Shown here piece after piece: positions 51,183 to 64,000 of a stretch of DNA of 64,000 nucleotides (positions are counted from its first letter, which is position 1; every line of letters starts with the position of its first letter). Under the pieces are notes generated by a model. It did no database searches, was not told the origin of the DNA, and was given only the letters and a program-made list of their open reading frames with translations. The stretch lies in contig CAWKAR010000049.1 in the NCBI GenBank assembly GCA_963847625.1, positions 32,001 through 96,000 on the forward strand, given 5' to 3'. Source of the stretch: a candidate division FCPU426 bacterium. GTDB taxonomy: Bacteria; Oederibacteriota; Muellerivitia; Muellerivitales; Muellerivitaceae. A program made the position numbers and the translations under genes.

Positions 51183-54100
51183 ATGTTTCGCTTTATTTTT
51201 GAAACCGGTTTAAAACGCCTCCTTCGCCGCTTCGCAACACTTCTCGCCTGGATATTCCCGGTGGTTTTCCTCGGTACGGTTGGGGTTTCCCATCTTCATG
51301 CCCAAACCGACACGGTGGGCACTTCAAATTATTGTCCCACGGACCCTCCCACCCAATACACCGGCATTGCCACTTGGTACAGCAGTCTAAACTCTTCCCC
51401 GGGTACTGGAAATTGCGCCTATCCAGCGGGTTCTTACGATCCCAATTATTATGTCGCCCTCAATTGGTCGGATTATGATAACGGGTCGGGCTGCGGGGCT
51501 TGTATCGCGGCGCATTACAACGCCAATTCAGTCACGGTCATGGTGGTGGACCAGTGCCCCTCGCCCTGCAATGTCCACCAACTCGATCTCGCCCCCCAGG
51601 CTTTCAACCAACTGGCCGCCACGGCCCTTGGTCAAATCGACATCACGTGGAACTATACTCAATGTCCCTCGAACCTCTTGATCGACAACAACTCCACCGG
51701 CAACATTACTTACGAATTCAAGTCGGGATGCAACCAATGGTACGCCCCCATTCAATTCATGGATTACTTGTTCCCGATCATCTCCGTACAGGTCAGCAAC
51801 AACGGCGGCGCCTATACCAGCCTATCCTTAATAACTTCTGACGCGGGGAACACAGAATATTGGGGAGCCAAGTCAAACAACTACAACATGGGAACGGGTC
51901 CCTATTCCTTTATCCTCACCGACGCGCGGAATGATATCGTCACGATCGGCCCCGTTACAGAATGCAGTTACGTCGCTCCCACCAGCGCCGGCATAACCGG
52001 GGTTTTCGGCACGACCGGTGTGCAGTTCCCCGCTTGCGTAGCCGGTCCCACGAAAACGCCCGTTCCCACCAATACGATCACCCGTACCCCCACGCCCTCT
52101 TTTACTATAACGCCGTCTTCCCCGACGGCGACTTACTCTCCCTCACTCACCCCCACGGTGGGTTCCCCCACAGCGACGTTTACGATCACGCAGACACCCA
52201 TCAGTTCAGGATGCACAGTCACCTCCGCCACCTTGACTTTTTTGGACGACGACCGCGCCGTTTTTTACATCAATGGAAACCTGATTACCAGTTGCGTCTC
52301 CAACGCTGGGTCTGGCGGGTCCGTCACCTGCTGGGGTGTCCCACAGACCTATGCTATTCCGCCGGCGACCCTGACTAGTTATTTATATAAAGGTCAAAAC
52401 GTGATTGCCGTTGATACAAACGATATTTATTACAACAATTCCGGGGTCGCTTGGGACCTTCTGATCAACTATTCTTGCTGTCCAAGCCAGGAAATCATCA
52501 GCGATGGAACCAACACCCGGTTCTTATGGGTCGGGTCAACTTCCAGCCCGACGTATCCCGCGGGATGGGCCAATTTAGGTTACAACGACAGCTCATGGCC
52601 GACGACTTTTTGGATGTCCTCGACAAACCTTCCAATGGGCTATGGTACCGTTTTCACCTCGAACTTGGTCAGGGTCCCCTGGCTGTCTGGCACTCCTAAC
52701 TTCGTCGGTTCCTATCAGGAGTATCTCTTCCGTCAAACCTTTAATATCGCAGGCCCCGGTTCTTCCTGTGCTTCGCCCACCCCCGTCCCGAACTTGACCA
52801 TTCACAAGTCGATTTTGGGCCCGTCTACGGGCGTTACGTCCGGGCAAAATGTGACTTATGTGGTGAGCACTTGCAACGACGGGGGGCCGTTATCGGGACC
52901 GTTGACCGTGTCGGATAATCTTTATTACACATCCAGCGGCGGCAGTTTCGGTGAGAACGGACTCTATTATTATAATTGGAATACTGGATCGGACGGTTCG
53001 GGACTTTATACGAACCCATTGTCCGGGCCCAATTTCTACGGGGATTACACCTCTTTCTATTGGGTTTACCCCCTCGGTTTTCCGGGATACGGTATTTGTG
53101 ATTCAGTCACGATTTTATGTTTGTCCTACTATATTTCCCCATCAGGGCCTTGCAGCGTCTTAAACAACGCTATCATGACCCGGTCCGGGGCCGCTGCCGT
53201 GACTTCCAACACGGTGGTATTTACGACCAATGCCGTATGCGGTTCAGTGACCCCTACCCTCTCGCCGACACCTACTCCCACTCCTACCCCCACGCCAACT
53301 CCGACACCCACACCCACCAGGACACCGACTCCGACGCCTACTATCACTCCCACTCCAACCCCAACACCGACGCCAACTAGGACCCCGACTCCTACACCCA
53401 CCCCAACTCCGACACCCACTCCTACACCCACGCCGACTCCCACTCCGACGCCAACACCTACACCAACGCCAACACCTACTCCGACACCGACCAGGACTCC
53501 GACTCCTACTCCTACGCCGACTCCGACACCTACACCCACTCCAACCCCAACTCCGACGCCAACTAGGACCCCGACTCCTACTCCCACCCCAACACCGACA
53601 CCCACGCCAACACCTACACCGACCAGAACTCCGACTCCTACTCCTACGCCGACTCCGACACCTACACCCACTCCAACCCCGACGCCAACACCTACTCCAA
53701 CGCCAACTCCCACTCCGACACCGACAAGAACCCCGACACCTACACCCACACCCACTCCTACTCCCACACCTACACCCACTCCAACCCCGACGCCAACACC
53801 CACACCAACTCCAACGCCAACACCGACACCCACGCCAACACCTACTCCGACACCGACCAGAACCCCGACACCTACACCCACTCCTACTCCCACACCTACA
53901 CCCACTCCAACCCCGACGCCAACACCTACTCCAACCCCAACACCTACACCGACACCAACCAGGACTCCAACTCCTACCCCCACACCCACGCCAACACCAA
54001 CACCTACTCCCACGCCGACTCCTACGCCTACCACGACCCCTACCCCTACGCCAACGAACACTCCTACGAGAACGCCTACTCCCACCCCCACGCCGACTCC

Positions 54101-57100
54101 TACAACAACCCCAACACCCACACCTACCAATACCCCCACACCCACGCCGACTCCTACCCCGACTCCAACCCCGACGACAACCCCGACGACAACCCCGACC
54201 CCGACTCCCACGAATACGCCAACTAGGACGCCTACACCCACTCCAACCCCTACGCCCACTACGACCCCTACCCCTACGCCAACGAACACCCCGACAAGAA
54301 CGCCCACTCCAACCCCTACGCCCACCATCACTCCTACTCCGACCCCGACAAACACTCCAACGATCACCCCCACACCGACCCCAAGCCCGACCGGGACAAC
54401 ATCTCCCACTGCAACCCCGACTAACACCCCCACAAGAACACCTACCCCCACCCCCACACCCACTCCCACCATTACACCCACACCCACGCCGACCAATACC
54501 CCTACGAACACGCCCACCAATACGCCAACCCCGACCCCCACGATAACCCCTACGCCAACTCCCACACCCACGCCCACGAGAACACCTACCCCCACACCCA
54601 CGCCTACGCCCACCACTACACCCACCCCTACGCCCACCAATACCCCGACGCCCACGCCTACTCCCACGCCGACTCCAACCCCCACGACAACGCCGACCCC
54701 GACTCCCACGAATACGCCCACGAAAACACCTACCCCCACACCCACTCCCACCACTACACCCACCCCTACACCAACCAATACCCCGACGCCCACGCCTACT
54801 CCCACGCCGACTCCGACCCCCACAACAACACCCACCCCCACACCCACCAATACACCCACAAGGACGCCCACTCCCACTCCGACCCCAAGCCCGACCGGGA
54901 CGACATCTCCCACTGCAACCCCGACTAACACCCCCACAAGAACACCTACCCCCACTCCCACGCCCACCATTACACCCACCCCCACGCCGACCAATACCCC
55001 GACCAACACGCCCACCAATACGCCAACCCCGACTCCAACGACAACACCCACCCCCACACCCACCAATACACCCACAAGGACTCCCACACCCACTCCGACA
55101 CCCACACCCACAACTACACCCACTCCTACGCCGACCAATACACCGACGCCCACGTCTACTCCCACGCCGACTCCGACCCCCACAACAACACCCACCCCCA
55201 CACCCACCAATACACCCACCAGAACGCCTACTCCCACTCCGACCCCTACGCCCACCATCACCCCCACACCTACTCCTACCAACACGCCGACGAATACTCC
55301 CACACCGACCCCAAGTCCGACCGGGACGACATCCCCCACTGCAACCCCGACTAACACCCCCACGCCTACACCCACTCCTACTCCCACCACTACACCCACG
55401 CCGACCCCTACCGATACCCCGACGCCTTCCCCCACAAATACACCGACGCCGATCCCGGCGACATCCACTCCTAGCTTCACGAACACACTCACATCGACTC
55501 CGACAAACACAGCGACCCCTACGCCTACCATCACTCCCACGCCTACGCCTACCAACACACCGACGAACACTCTCACGCCAACCCCAAGCCCGACCGGAAC
55601 GACATCTCCCACAGTAACCTCGACTAACACGCCCACAACTACACCCACTTCCACAGCAACACCCACGCCCACGATCACCTCAACATCCACGCCGACTCAT
55701 ACGCCAACCTTGACGCCAACACCAACAGTCACAAGCACGCTTACCAACACTCCGACGGCGACTTCTACAAGAACTTCCACCCTGACGCCAACCCCAACCA
55801 ACACCCCCCCATTCACTGCGACACCCACCTTCACCCCGACAGAAACTGACACCCCTACTAATACCAACACGTTGACGGAAACTTACACTGCCACAAGCAC
55901 CTACACGGCAACCGACACGAGGACAAACACCGATACGCCAACATCGACAGACACTCCCACGAATACTTTCACCCCAACGCCGACATCCTCGCCCACGGAC
56001 ACCTGCACGGCCACCAGCACGAGAACTTGCACCAACACCCCTACCTTGACGTACACTCCCACGAACACCAATACCCCAACACCGACCTCCTCATCCACGA
56101 ACACCTGCACGGCCACCAACACGAGAACCAACACCAACACGCCTACGCCGACGAATACGCCCACAAATACCAATACCCCGACGCCGACCTTCACATTGAC
56201 CAACACCTCCACGGCGACCAACACGAGAACAAGCACCAGCACTCTCACATCGACGAATACACCGACCCCCACTTCCACCCCTACGCTGACTTACACGCCC
56301 ACAAATACGCCTACATTGACTCCTACCTTCACACCGACTCCTGCGGCGGTGGTGACGCTGCAAAAGCAGGAATCGGAGTCGGCTGGCACGTCAGGGGACC
56401 AGGTGACCTACACGCTGATGCTAAACGTGAGTAATAACACTGCGACTGGGCTGGTGGTGCAGGATGTCCTCCCTGCCAACTGCAGTTTCGTGACGTTCGG
56501 GGCCTCCCCGGCCAACACGTCGACTTCGCTGAATGTGACAGGAGGCGTGACGGTGATGAATTGGGCTCTGCCCACCCTGGCACCGGGGAACTACCTTCTG
56601 ACCTACATAGTTTCGATCAACAACTTCACGCAGGCGGGGCCGATCACGAACTGCGCGGTGATGAGCGTTCCTGGGGTGCTTCCGCAGACGGCCTGTGCGA
56701 TACTGCAGGTGACGGGGAGCTACACGGTGAAAGTGGGGGTGTACAACGAGGCGGGGGAACTGGTGAAGGAACTGCTGGTGACGCAGTATTCCCAGCCTTT
56801 GGTGGACCTGCAATTGAAGAACGGGAACCTGATCAGCGGGCTGAACACGCCGGTGGCGATCTACGACCTGAACACGCAAATCACGGTGTGGAACGGGACG
56901 GACCAGAACGGGAACCCGGTGCCCAACGGGGATTACTACGTGAAAGTGGACAATATCGACTCCTTCGGGGCGGACAAGAGCGTGGTATTGAACGTGGTGG
57001 TGAGCCGTTCGCTGGAGAAAGTGACGATCGACATCTACAACGAGGCTGGGGAGATCGTGCAGGCGCTGTACAGCGTGGTGGAGGACCCGCAGGGGACGGT

Positions 57101-57605
57101 GATCACGGGGGTGAAGCTGTCAAGTACGGTGTTGGAGCCCGGGTCGCCGACGGACGGGACGCTGGTAATCGCGACGAACAACGGGGTGACGACGGTGTGG
57201 GACGGGCACGGGTCGGGGGGGACGGTGGTACCCAACGGGAAATACTTCATCGAGGTTCATTCCACGAGCGGGACGGGCGGGGAAACTGTGATCGTCACGT
57301 CGGTGGTGGTGGTGAACAATGGGAAACTGGCCGTGCCGAAGGTCTGGGCTTACCCGAACCCGGTGACGGGCGGAACGAGGCTGGTGACATTCAAGGGATC
57401 GTCGGCAGGGGTGAAGCTGACGGTAAAGATCTACGACGTGGCGGGTGAGCTGGTGACGGAGCTTCAAGGGGCGGGCGGGACAAGCCAGGTGACTTGGAAC
57501 ACGGCGGGAATCGCCAGCGGGCTGTACATCGCCAAAACCGAGCTGAGGGACACCAACGGGTACCTGGTCGCCAGGCAGACCCTCAAGGTTTCCATATTGC
57601 AATAA
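51183..57605 (+). CDS. Secreted expansin-like protein + accessory beta-sandwich + ~1030-aa (Thr-Pro)n stalk + DUF11-like, FlgD-Ig and T9SS-type-A-like CTD
   Basis: [40 protein letters not shown] (DPBB/expansin D1), then a CBM63-like region; C-terminus [27 protein letters not shown]. Confidence 0.88.
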   Translation: MFRFIFETGLKRLLRRFATLLAWIFPVVFLGTVGVSHLHAQTDTVGTSNYCPTDPPTQYTGIATWYSSLNSSPGTGNCAYPAGSYDPNYYVALNWSDYDNGSGCGACIAAHYNANSVTVMVVDQCPSPCNVHQLDLAPQAFNQLAATALGQIDITWNYTQCPSNLLIDNNSTGNITYEFKSGCNQWYAPIQFMDYLFPIISVQVSNNGGAYTSLSLITSDAGNTEYWGAKSNNYNMGTGPYSFILTDARNDIVTIGPVTECSYVAPTSAGITGVFGTTGVQFPACVAGPTKTPVPTNTITRTPTPSFTITPSSPTATYSPSLTPTVGSPTATFTITQTPISSGCTVTSATLTFLDDDRAVFYINGNLITSCVSNAGSGGSVTCWGVPQTYAIPPATLTSYLYKGQNVIAVDTNDIYYNNSGVAWDLLINYSCCPSQEIISDGTNTRFLWVGSTSSPTYPAGWANLGYNDSSWPTTFWMSSTNLPMGYGTVFTSNLVRVPWLSGTPNFVGSYQEYLFRQTFNIAGPGSSCASPTPVPNLTIHKSILGPSTGVTSGQNVTYVVSTCNDGGPLSGPLTVSDNLYYTSSGGSFGENGLYYYNWNTGSDGSGLYTNPLSGPNFYGDYTSFYWVYPLGFPGYGICDSVTILCLSYYISPSGPCSVLNNAIMTRSGAAAVTSNTVVFTTNAVCGSVTPTLSPTPTPTPTPTPTPTPTPTRTPTPTPTITPTPTPTPTPTRTPTPTPTPTPTPTPTPTPTPTPTPTPTPTPTPTPTPTRTPTPTPTPTPTPTPTPTPTPTPTRTPTPTPTPTPTPTPTPTPTRTPTPTPTPTPTPTPTPTPTPTPTPTPTPTPTPTRTPTPTPTPTPTPTPTPTPTPTPTPTPTPTPTPTPTPTPTPTPTRTPTPTPTPTPTPTPTPTPTPTPTPTPTPTPTPTRTPTPTPTPTPTPTPTPTPTPTPTTTPTPTPTNTPTRTPTPTPTPTPTTTPTPTPTNTPTPTPTPTPTPTPTTTPTTTPTPTPTNTPTRTPTPTPTPTPTTTPTPTPTNTPTRTPTPTPTPTITPTPTPTNTPTITPTPTPSPTGTTSPTATPTNTPTRTPTPTPTPTPTITPTPTPTNTPTNTPTNTPTPTPTITPTPTPTPTPTRTPTPTPTPTPTTTPTPTPTNTPTPTPTPTPTPTPTTTPTPTPTNTPTKTPTPTPTPTTTPTPTPTNTPTPTPTPTPTPTPTTTPTPTPTNTPTRTPTPTPTPSPTGTTSPTATPTNTPTRTPTPTPTPTITPTPTPTNTPTNTPTNTPTPTPTTTPTPTPTNTPTRTPTPTPTPTPTTTPTPTPTNTPTPTSTPTPTPTPTTTPTPTPTNTPTRTPTPTPTPTPTITPTPTPTNTPTNTPTPTPSPTGTTSPTATPTNTPTPTPTPTPTTTPTPTPTDTPTPSPTNTPTPIPATSTPSFTNTLTSTPTNTATPTPTITPTPTPTNTPTNTLTPTPSPTGTTSPTVTSTNTPTTTPTSTATPTPTITSTSTPTHTPTLTPTPTVTSTLTNTPTATSTRTSTLTPTPTNTPPFTATPTFTPTETDTPTNTNTLTETYTATSTYTATDTRTNTDTPTSTDTPTNTFTPTPTSSPTDTCTATSTRTCTNTPTLTYTPTNTNTPTPTSSSTNTCTATNTRTNTNTPTPTNTPTNTNTPTPTFTLTNTSTATNTRTSTSTLTSTNTPTPTSTPTLTYTPTNTPTLTPTFTPTPAAVVTLQKQESESAGTSGDQVTYTLMLNVSNNTATGLVVQDVLPANCSFVTFGASPANTSTSLNVTGGVTVMNWALPTLAPGNYLLTYIVSINNFTQAGPITNCAVMSVPGVLPQTACAILQVTGSYTVKVGVYNEAGELVKELLVTQYSQPLVDLQLKNGNLISGLNTPVAIYDLNTQITVWNGTDQNGNPVPNGDYYVKVDNIDSFGADKSVVLNVVVSRSLEKVTIDIYNEAGEIVQALYSVVEDPQGTVITGVKLSSTVLEPGSPTDGTLVIATNNGVTTVWDGHGSGGTVVPNGKYFIEVHSTSGTGGETVIVTSVVVVNNGKLAVPKVWAYPNPVTGGTRLVTFKGSSAGVKLTVKIYDVAGELVTELQGAGGTSQVTWNTAGIASGLYIAKTELRDTNGYLVARQTLKVSILQ

Positions 57606-57990
57606 ACCTGCGATTTGAAAATGAATTCCTGCTGTTACCGCCCATTTATCAAAAAATTGGTAATAATCTTTTTAATTCGCTGATTTTTTATCTATTTGCT
57701 TGAAATATGGTCGTTTACCTGCCCCATAAACACATTGAATTAAAACGCTATTCCCCATGCAACAAAACAGCTTATTTCGGAGTGTCCGCCTTGATAAAAG
57801 CGATTTTGGCCGGGAAAATCTTAATAAGGAACTCTTTAATTCAATACATCTACTTAATGAGCATTTTTATTGCACGTTACACCAATATTTAAGGTGGTAA
57901 ATTTTTTTCATATGAAATGAAACCGTTTTCAGCCGGTTAAATCCCTTTCGCAATAGAGTCGGTTAGTGTGTTTGAAAGCTGGTGCAGTCC

Positions 57991-60900
57991 ATGAATCACA
58001 AATGGGAAAAAAGGCCCCTGGGGGTTTTCGTTTTAATCCTCTCCATGGTCAAGATCAAATCCGTTCCCAAACCGCCACGCCATCCCCGGTTTGTGAAGCT
58101 TCTTGCCTGGTTGTACCCGGTGATTCTCCTCGGCATGGTTGGGATTTCCCCTCTTCACGCCCAAACCATAGGCAGTTCAAAATATTGCCCGGACGATCCT
58201 CCCACCCAATTCACCGGCATCGCCACCTGGTACAGCAGCCTAAATTCTTCTCCAGGCACCGGAAACTGCGCCTATCCAGCAGGCTCTTATGATCCCAATT
58301 ATTACGTCGCACTCAATTGGTCGGATTATGAAAACGGGTTGGGCTGTGGGGCCTGTATCGCGGCACATTACAACGCCAATTCGGTCACGGTCATGGTGGT
58401 GGACCAGTGTCCCGCGCCTTGCAATGTCCACCAACTCGACCTCGCGCCCCAGGCTTTCAACCAACTGGCTGCCACGGCGCTCGGCCAAATCAACATCACG
58501 TGGAACTATGTCCAATGTCCCTCGAGTCTCTTGATCGACAACAACCCCACCGGGAACATTACCTACGAATTTAAATCAGGATGCAACCAGTGGTATGCCC
58601 CCATCCAATTCATGGATTACTTGTTCCCGATCGCCTCCGTGCAGGTCAGCGATAACGGCGGGGCTTATTCCAGCCTGTCCTTGATCACGTCCGACGCGGG
58701 GAACACAGAATATTGGGGAGCCAAGTCAAACAATTACAACATGGGAGCGGGTCCCTATGAGTTTATCCTCACCGACGTTCGGGGCGATTCCGTCACGATC
58801 GGCCCTGTTACGGAATGCAGTTATGTTGCTCCCACCAGCGCCGGCATAACCGGGGTTTTCGGCACGACCGGGGCGCAATTCGCAGCCTGCGTGTTAGGCC
58901 CCACATATACGCCCACTTTAAGCCCGACCATTACCCGTTCCCGCACGCCCACCCTCACCAACACTCCCGGTTCCCCCACTGCGACACCCACGTCCACGCG
59001 CACACCCACCCCAGGTTCGCCCACAGCGACTTTTACCATCACGCCCACCAGCAACCTCTCGGGATGCGGTGTTGCTTCCTCGGGCATCTGCGTGGGGGTT
59101 GACGACGAGGCTTATGTGTGGATCAACGGGCACCCCTTGAACGGCGGAAACCCCATGAGCGTTCAAATCCCCTATGGAAATCCAGTCTCCTGCTTCACCA
59201 TCCCCCTCAGCGACCTTGTTCCCGGGGCCAATCTCATCGCCATCCAAGCCTTTAATATGGCCACCTTCTACAACTGGGCCACTTGGGCCTTGAACATCAC
59301 GATGAACAATGGTTCCTCGGCCTACGTCAGCAGCAATAGCGGCGGCATTTTCATGTACAACCAGCCCGTGGCAAACGGGCCACCCCCGCCCAGTGACGGC
59401 AACGGCGTAACCTGGTACGATCCGGCTTATACGGGGGGCACCTCCGGCAACGGTTGGGGCGCCGCCTTTCCCGTTACTTACGTGCCCGCCTTTTGGCTGC
59501 AAAACGGGATTGATCCCGTGACGGGCGCGCCACTCCCCCCCCTCGGGGCGGATATGGACGGAGGGAATGGGACCAGCACTCCCGCCACCCTTCAAGGTCA
59601 GGCAGCCAATGCGTCCCTTTACTTCCGGCAGACCTTTAACATCCCCAATGTTTGTCCCACCTCCACTCCAGTCCCGCATATCACCATCACCAAGTCAATC
59701 CTGGGATCCCCGGTGGGGGTCGGTGCCAACCAGCCAGTGACCTACGTAGTGAAAACCTGCAATACCGGCGGACCGGTTTCGGGGCCAGTCACCGTGGGGG
59801 ACACCCTTTTCTTTACCTCCAGTGCCGGAAATCCTTTCTACTTGACCAACATTTGTTACAAGACCTGGTTTAACGGGACCACCAATTGCGGCTATGGATT
59901 CACAAATCCCCCCGACGGGCCCAACGCTTTTGGGTCCAGCTCGGCGATATCCTGGGCTTACCCCATCGGGTTCCCGGGATACGGGTTTTGCGACTCGGTC
60001 ACCCTGACCATCGAGAGTTATTCAACAGGAGGGCCCTGCAGCGTCCTCAACAACGCCGTGCTCACCGCCACTAGTATCGGCCCCATCACCTCCAATACGG
60101 TGAGTTTCAGCACAAATAACACCGTTTGTTCCCCCGTCCCGACGCCTACTCCCACACCCACACCTACTCCCACACCTACACCCACGCCTACTCCCACGCC
60201 GACTCCCACACCAACTCCGACACCTACTCCCACTCCTACCCCCACGCCGACTCCGACACCCACACCCACCAGGACACCGACTCCGACGCCTACTATCACT
60301 CCCACTCCGACGCCAACACCGACGCCAACTAGGACCCCGACTCCTACTCCCACCCCAACTCCGACACCCACTCCTACACCCACGCCGACTCCCACTCCCA
60401 CTCCGACGCCAACTAGGACCCCGACTCCTACTCCCACCCCAACTCCGACACCCACTCCTACACCCACGCCGACTCCCACTCCGACGCCAACACCGACGCC
60501 AACTAGGACCCCGACTCCTACTCCCACCCCAACTCCGACACCCACTCCTACACCCACGCCGACTCCCACTCCCACTCCGACGCCAACACCTACTCCGACA
60601 CCGACCAGAACCCCGACTCCTACTCCTACGCCGACTCCGACACCTACACCCACTCCAACCCCAACTCCAACCCCAACACCGACACCCACGCCAACACCTA
60701 CACCGACCAGAACTCCGACTCCTACTCCTACGCCGACTCCGACACCTACACCCACTCCAACCCCAACTCCAACCCCAACACCTACTCCAACCTCAACACC
60801 TACACCGACACCGACAAGAACCCCGACACCTACACCCACACCCACTCCTACTCCCACACCTACACCCACTCCAACCCCGACGCCAACACCCACACCAACT

Positions 60901-63900
60901 CCAACGCCAACTCCAACGCCAACACCGACACCAACCAGGACTCCAACTCCTACCCCCACACCCACGCCAACACCAACACCTACTCCCACTCCTACGCCAA
61001 CACCTACTCCAACCTCAACACCTACACCGACACCGACAAGAACCCCGACACCTACACCCACACCCACTCCTACTCCCACACCTACACCCACTCCAACCCC
61101 GACGCCAACACCTACTCCAACCCCAACACCTACACCGACACCAACCAGGACTCCAACTCCTACCCCCACACCCACGCCAACACCAACACCTACTCCCACG
61201 CCGACTCCTACGCCTACCACGACCCCTACCCCTACGCCAACGAACACTCCTACGAGAACGCCTACTCCCACCCCCACGCCGACTCCTACCCCGACTCCAA
61301 CCCCGACGACAACGCCGACCCCGACTCCCACGAATACGCCAACTAGGACGCCTACACCCACTCCAACCCCTACGCCCACTACGACCCCTACCCCTACGCC
61401 AACGAACACCCCGACAAGAACGCCCACTCCCACTCCAACCTCTACACCCACCATCACTCCTACTCCGACCCCGACAAACACTCCAACGATCACCCCCACA
61501 CCGACACCAAGCCCGACCGGGACAACATCTCCCACTGCAACCCCGACTAACACCCCCACAAGAACACCTACCCCCACCCCCACACCCACTCCCACCATTA
61601 CACCCACACCCACGCCGACCAATACCCCTACGAACACGCCCACCAATACGCCAACCCCGACCCCCACGATAACCCCTACGCCAACTCCCACACCCACGCC
61701 CACGAGAACACCTACCCCCACACCCACGCCTACGCCCACCAATACCCCGACGCCCACGCCTACTCCCACGCCGACTCCAACCCCCACGACAACGCCGACC
61801 CCGACTCCCACGAATACGCCCACGAAAACACCTACCCCCACACCCACACCCACTCCCACCACTACACCCACCCCTACGCCAACCAATACCCCGACGCCCA
61901 CGTCTACTCCCACGCCGACTCCGACCCCCACGACAACACCCACCCCCACACCCACCAATACACCCACAAGGACGCCCACTCCCACTCCGACCCCTACGCC
62001 CACCATCACCCCCACGCCTACTCCTACCAACACGCCGACGAATACTCCCACACCGACCCCAAGTCCGACCGGGACGACATCTCCCACTGCAACCCCGACT
62101 AACACCCCCACAAGAACACCTACCCCCACCCCCACTCCCACGCCCACCATTACACCCACCCCCACTCCGACCAATACCCCGACCAACACGCCCACAAACA
62201 CGCCGACTCCAACCCCAACGACAACGCCAACCCCGACTCCGACTAACACGCCCACGAGAACACCTACCCCCACACCCACACCCACTCCCATCACTACACC
62301 CACCCCTACGCCAACCAATACCCCGACGCCCACGTCTACTCCCACGCCGACTCCGACCCCCACAACAACACCCACCCCCACACCCACCAATACACCCACC
62401 AGAACGCCTACTCCCACTCCGACCCCTACGCCCACCATCACCCCCACACCTACTCCTACCAACACGCCGACGAATACTCCCACACCGACCCCAAGTCCGA
62501 CCGGGACGACATCCCCCACTGCAACCCCGACTAACACCCCCACGCCTACACCCACTCCCACGGCAACACCCACGCCCACGATCACCCCAACACCTACACC
62601 AACCAATACCCCGACGCCCACGCCCACGAGAACACCTACTCCCACACCCACTCCTACTCCCACCACTACACCCACGCCGACCCCTACCGATACCCCGACG
62701 CCTTCCCCCACAAATACACCGACGCCGATCCCGGCGACATCCACTCCTAGCTTCACGAACACACTCACATCGACTCCGACAAACACAGCGACCCCTACGC
62801 CTACCATCACTCCCACGCCTACGCCTACCAACACACCGACGAACACTCTCACGCCAACCCCAAGCCCGACCGGAACGACATCTCCCACAGTAACCTCGAC
62901 TAACACGCCCACAACTACACCCACTTCCACAGCAACACCCACGCCCACGATCACCTCAACATCCACGCCGACTCATACGCCAACCTTGACGCCAACACCA
63001 ACAGTCACAAGCACGCTTACCAACACTCCGACGGCGACTTCTACAAGAACTTCCACCCTGACGCCAACCCCAACCAACACCCCCCCATTCACTGCGACAC
63101 CCACCTTCACCCCGACAGAAACTGACACCCCTACTAATACCAACACGTTGACGGAAACTTACACTGCCACAAGCACCTACACGGCAACCGACACGAGGAC
63201 AAACACCGATACGCCAACATCGACAGACACTCCCACGAATACTTTCACCCCAACGCCGACATCCTCGCCCACGGACACCTGCACGGCCACCAGCACGAGA
63301 ACTTGCACCAACACCCCTACCTTGACGTACACTCCCACGAACACCAATACCCCAACACCGACCCCCTCATCCACGAACACCTGCACGGCCACCAACACGA
63401 GAACCAACACCAACACGCCTACGCCGACGAATACGCCCACAAATACCAATACCCCGACGCCGACCTTCACATTGACCAACACCTCCACGGCGACCAACAC
63501 GAGAACAAGCACCAGCACTCTCACATCGACGAATACACCGACCCCCACTTCCACCCCTACGCTGACTTACACGCCCACAAATACGCCTACATTGACTCCT
63601 ACCTTCACACCGACTCCTGCGGCGGTGGTGACGCTGCAAAAGCAGGAATCGGAGTCGGCTGGCACGTCAGGGGACCAGGTGACCTACACGCTGATGCTAA
63701 ACGTGAGTAATAACACTGCGACTGGGCTGGTGGTGCAGGATGTCCTCCCTGCCAACTGCAGTTTCGTGACGTTCGGGACCTCCCCGGCCAACACGTCGAC
63801 TTCGCTGAATGTGACAGGAGGCGTGACGGTGATGAATTGGGCTCTGCCCACCCTGGCACCGGGGAACTACCTTCTGACCTACATAGTTTCGATCAACAAC

Positions 63901-64000
63901 TTCACGCAGGCGGGGCCGATCACGAACTGCGCGGTAATGAGCGTTCCTGGGGCGCTTCCGCAGACGGCCTGTGCGATACTGCAGGTGACGGGGAGCTACA
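57991..64000 (+). CDS. Second expansin-like (Thr-Pro)n stalk protein, truncated by window end (absent from the ORF track)
   Basis: Manual frame from ATG 57991 (or 58045): ...[27 protein letters not shown]..., colinear with 51183-57605 and open to 64000. Confidence 0.88.
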   Translation, partial: MNHKWEKRPLGVFVLILSMVKIKSVPKPPRHPRFVKLLAWLYPVILLGMVGISPLHAQTIGSSKYCPDDPPTQFTGIATWYSSLNSSPGTGNCAYPAGSYDPNYYVALNWSDYENGLGCGACIAAHYNANSVTVMVVDQCPAPCNVHQLDLAPQAFNQLAATALGQINITWNYVQCPSSLLIDNNPTGNITYEFKSGCNQWYAPIQFMDYLFPIASVQVSDNGGAYSSLSLITSDAGNTEYWGAKSNNYNMGAGPYEFILTDVRGDSVTIGPVTECSYVAPTSAGITGVFGTTGAQFAACVLGPTYTPTLSPTITRSRTPTLTNTPGSPTATPTSTRTPTPGSPTATFTITPTSNLSGCGVASSGICVGVDDEAYVWINGHPLNGGNPMSVQIPYGNPVSCFTIPLSDLVPGANLIAIQAFNMATFYNWATWALNITMNNGSSAYVSSNSGGIFMYNQPVANGPPPPSDGNGVTWYDPAYTGGTSGNGWGAAFPVTYVPAFWLQNGIDPVTGAPLPPLGADMDGGNGTSTPATLQGQAANASLYFRQTFNIPNVCPTSTPVPHITITKSILGSPVGVGANQPVTYVVKTCNTGGPVSGPVTVGDTLFFTSSAGNPFYLTNICYKTWFNGTTNCGYGFTNPPDGPNAFGSSSAISWAYPIGFPGYGFCDSVTLTIESYSTGGPCSVLNNAVLTATSIGPITSNTVSFSTNNTVCSPVPTPTPTPTPTPTPTPTPTPTPTPTPTPTPTPTPTPTPTPTPTPTRTPTPTPTITPTPTPTPTPTRTPTPTPTPTPTPTPTPTPTPTPTPTPTRTPTPTPTPTPTPTPTPTPTPTPTPTPTPTRTPTPTPTPTPTPTPTPTPTPTPTPTPTPTPTPTRTPTPTPTPTPTPTPTPTPTPTPTPTPTPTPTPTRTPTPTPTPTPTPTPTPTPTPTPTPTPTSTPTPTPTRTPTPTPTPTPTPTPTPTPTPTPTPTPTPTPTPTPTPTPTRTPTPTPTPTPTPTPTPTPTPTPTPTSTPTPTPTRTPTPTPTPTPTPTPTPTPTPTPTPTPTPTPTPTPTRTPTPTPTPTPTPTPTPTPTPTPTTTPTPTPTNTPTRTPTPTPTPTPTPTPTPTTTPTPTPTNTPTRTPTPTPTPTPTTTPTPTPTNTPTRTPTPTPTSTPTITPTPTPTNTPTITPTPTPSPTGTTSPTATPTNTPTRTPTPTPTPTPTITPTPTPTNTPTNTPTNTPTPTPTITPTPTPTPTPTRTPTPTPTPTPTNTPTPTPTPTPTPTPTTTPTPTPTNTPTKTPTPTPTPTPTTTPTPTPTNTPTPTSTPTPTPTPTTTPTPTPTNTPTRTPTPTPTPTPTITPTPTPTNTPTNTPTPTPSPTGTTSPTATPTNTPTRTPTPTPTPTPTITPTPTPTNTPTNTPTNTPTPTPTTTPTPTPTNTPTRTPTPTPTPTPITTPTPTPTNTPTPTSTPTPTPTPTTTPTPTPTNTPTRTPTPTPTPTPTITPTPTPTNTPTNTPTPTPSPTGTTSPTATPTNTPTPTPTPTATPTPTITPTPTPTNTPTPTPTRTPTPTPTPTPTTTPTPTPTDTPTPSPTNTPTPIPATSTPSFTNTLTSTPTNTATPTPTITPTPTPTNTPTNTLTPTPSPTGTTSPTVTSTNTPTTTPTSTATPTPTITSTSTPTHTPTLTPTPTVTSTLTNTPTATSTRTSTLTPTPTNTPPFTATPTFTPTETDTPTNTNTLTETYTATSTYTATDTRTNTDTPTSTDTPTNTFTPTPTSSPTDTCTATSTRTCTNTPTLTYTPTNTNTPTPTPSSTNTCTATNTRTNTNTPTPTNTPTNTNTPTPTFTLTNTSTATNTRTSTSTLTSTNTPTPTSTPTLTYTPTNTPTLTPTFTPTPAAVVTLQKQESESAGTSGDQVTYTLMLNVSNNTATGLVVQDVLPANCSFVTFGTSPANTSTSLNVTGGVTVMNWALPTLAPGNYLLTYIVSINNFTQAGPITNCAVMSVPGALPQTACAILQVTGSY

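Noticed and set aside
56561..57448. 295-aa alternate-frame ORF in the CTD region
   Set aside because: By-product of the G-ending codon bias of the real gene.
53129..62966. Long minus-strand poly(Val-Gly) ORFs (53129-55690, 60018-62966) and similar ones at 47555-50644
   Set aside because: Antisense shadows of ACN-CCN repeats, which lack stop codons on the reverse strand.
1..64000. tRNA or rRNA genes
   Set aside because: No cloverleaf or rRNA-like segment recognised by eye; a tRNAscan-SE or barrnap run would be needed to exclude them formally.

Overview
Bacterial chromosomal window, mostly moderately GC-rich with AT-rich patches. The style (huge Thr/Pro-linker proteins ending in FlgD/T9SS-type-A-like C-terminal domains, PorV-like barrels, many GT-C membrane proteins) suggests a diderm lineage outside Bacteroidota, possibly FCPU426-like; this taxonomy is inference only. 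From left to right: the 5' part and left end of an IS1380-family element inserted in an AT-rich, probably IS1595-type passenger region; a YfhO-like gene; DUF1259; a NitT/TauT-like ABC pair with a structured leader; DedA; two tandem GT-C/TPR paralogs; an acyltransferase-3 gene; a frameshifted PorV-like/FN3 gene coupled to a 2405-aa FN3 protein; a minor-pilin cluster with a 1208-aa pilin and an apparently split PilX; xth; a GxxExxY nuclease-family gene within a family of about 10 related ~28-bp repeats; Dabb; fabI; divergent radC/lexA; a fused gcvPA-gcvPB, gcvH and a CYTH gene; and an AraC regulator divergent from three giant secreted proteins (a GH74 and two expansins) on 1000+ aa Thr/Pro stalks. 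Best novelty candidates: the GxxExxY-plus-repeat system, a twice-present ~117-nt structured element, the T9SS-like stalked display of plant-wall-active domains, a candidate riboswitch, and a candidate new LexA box. All family calls come from motif recognition by eye; no database was searched.
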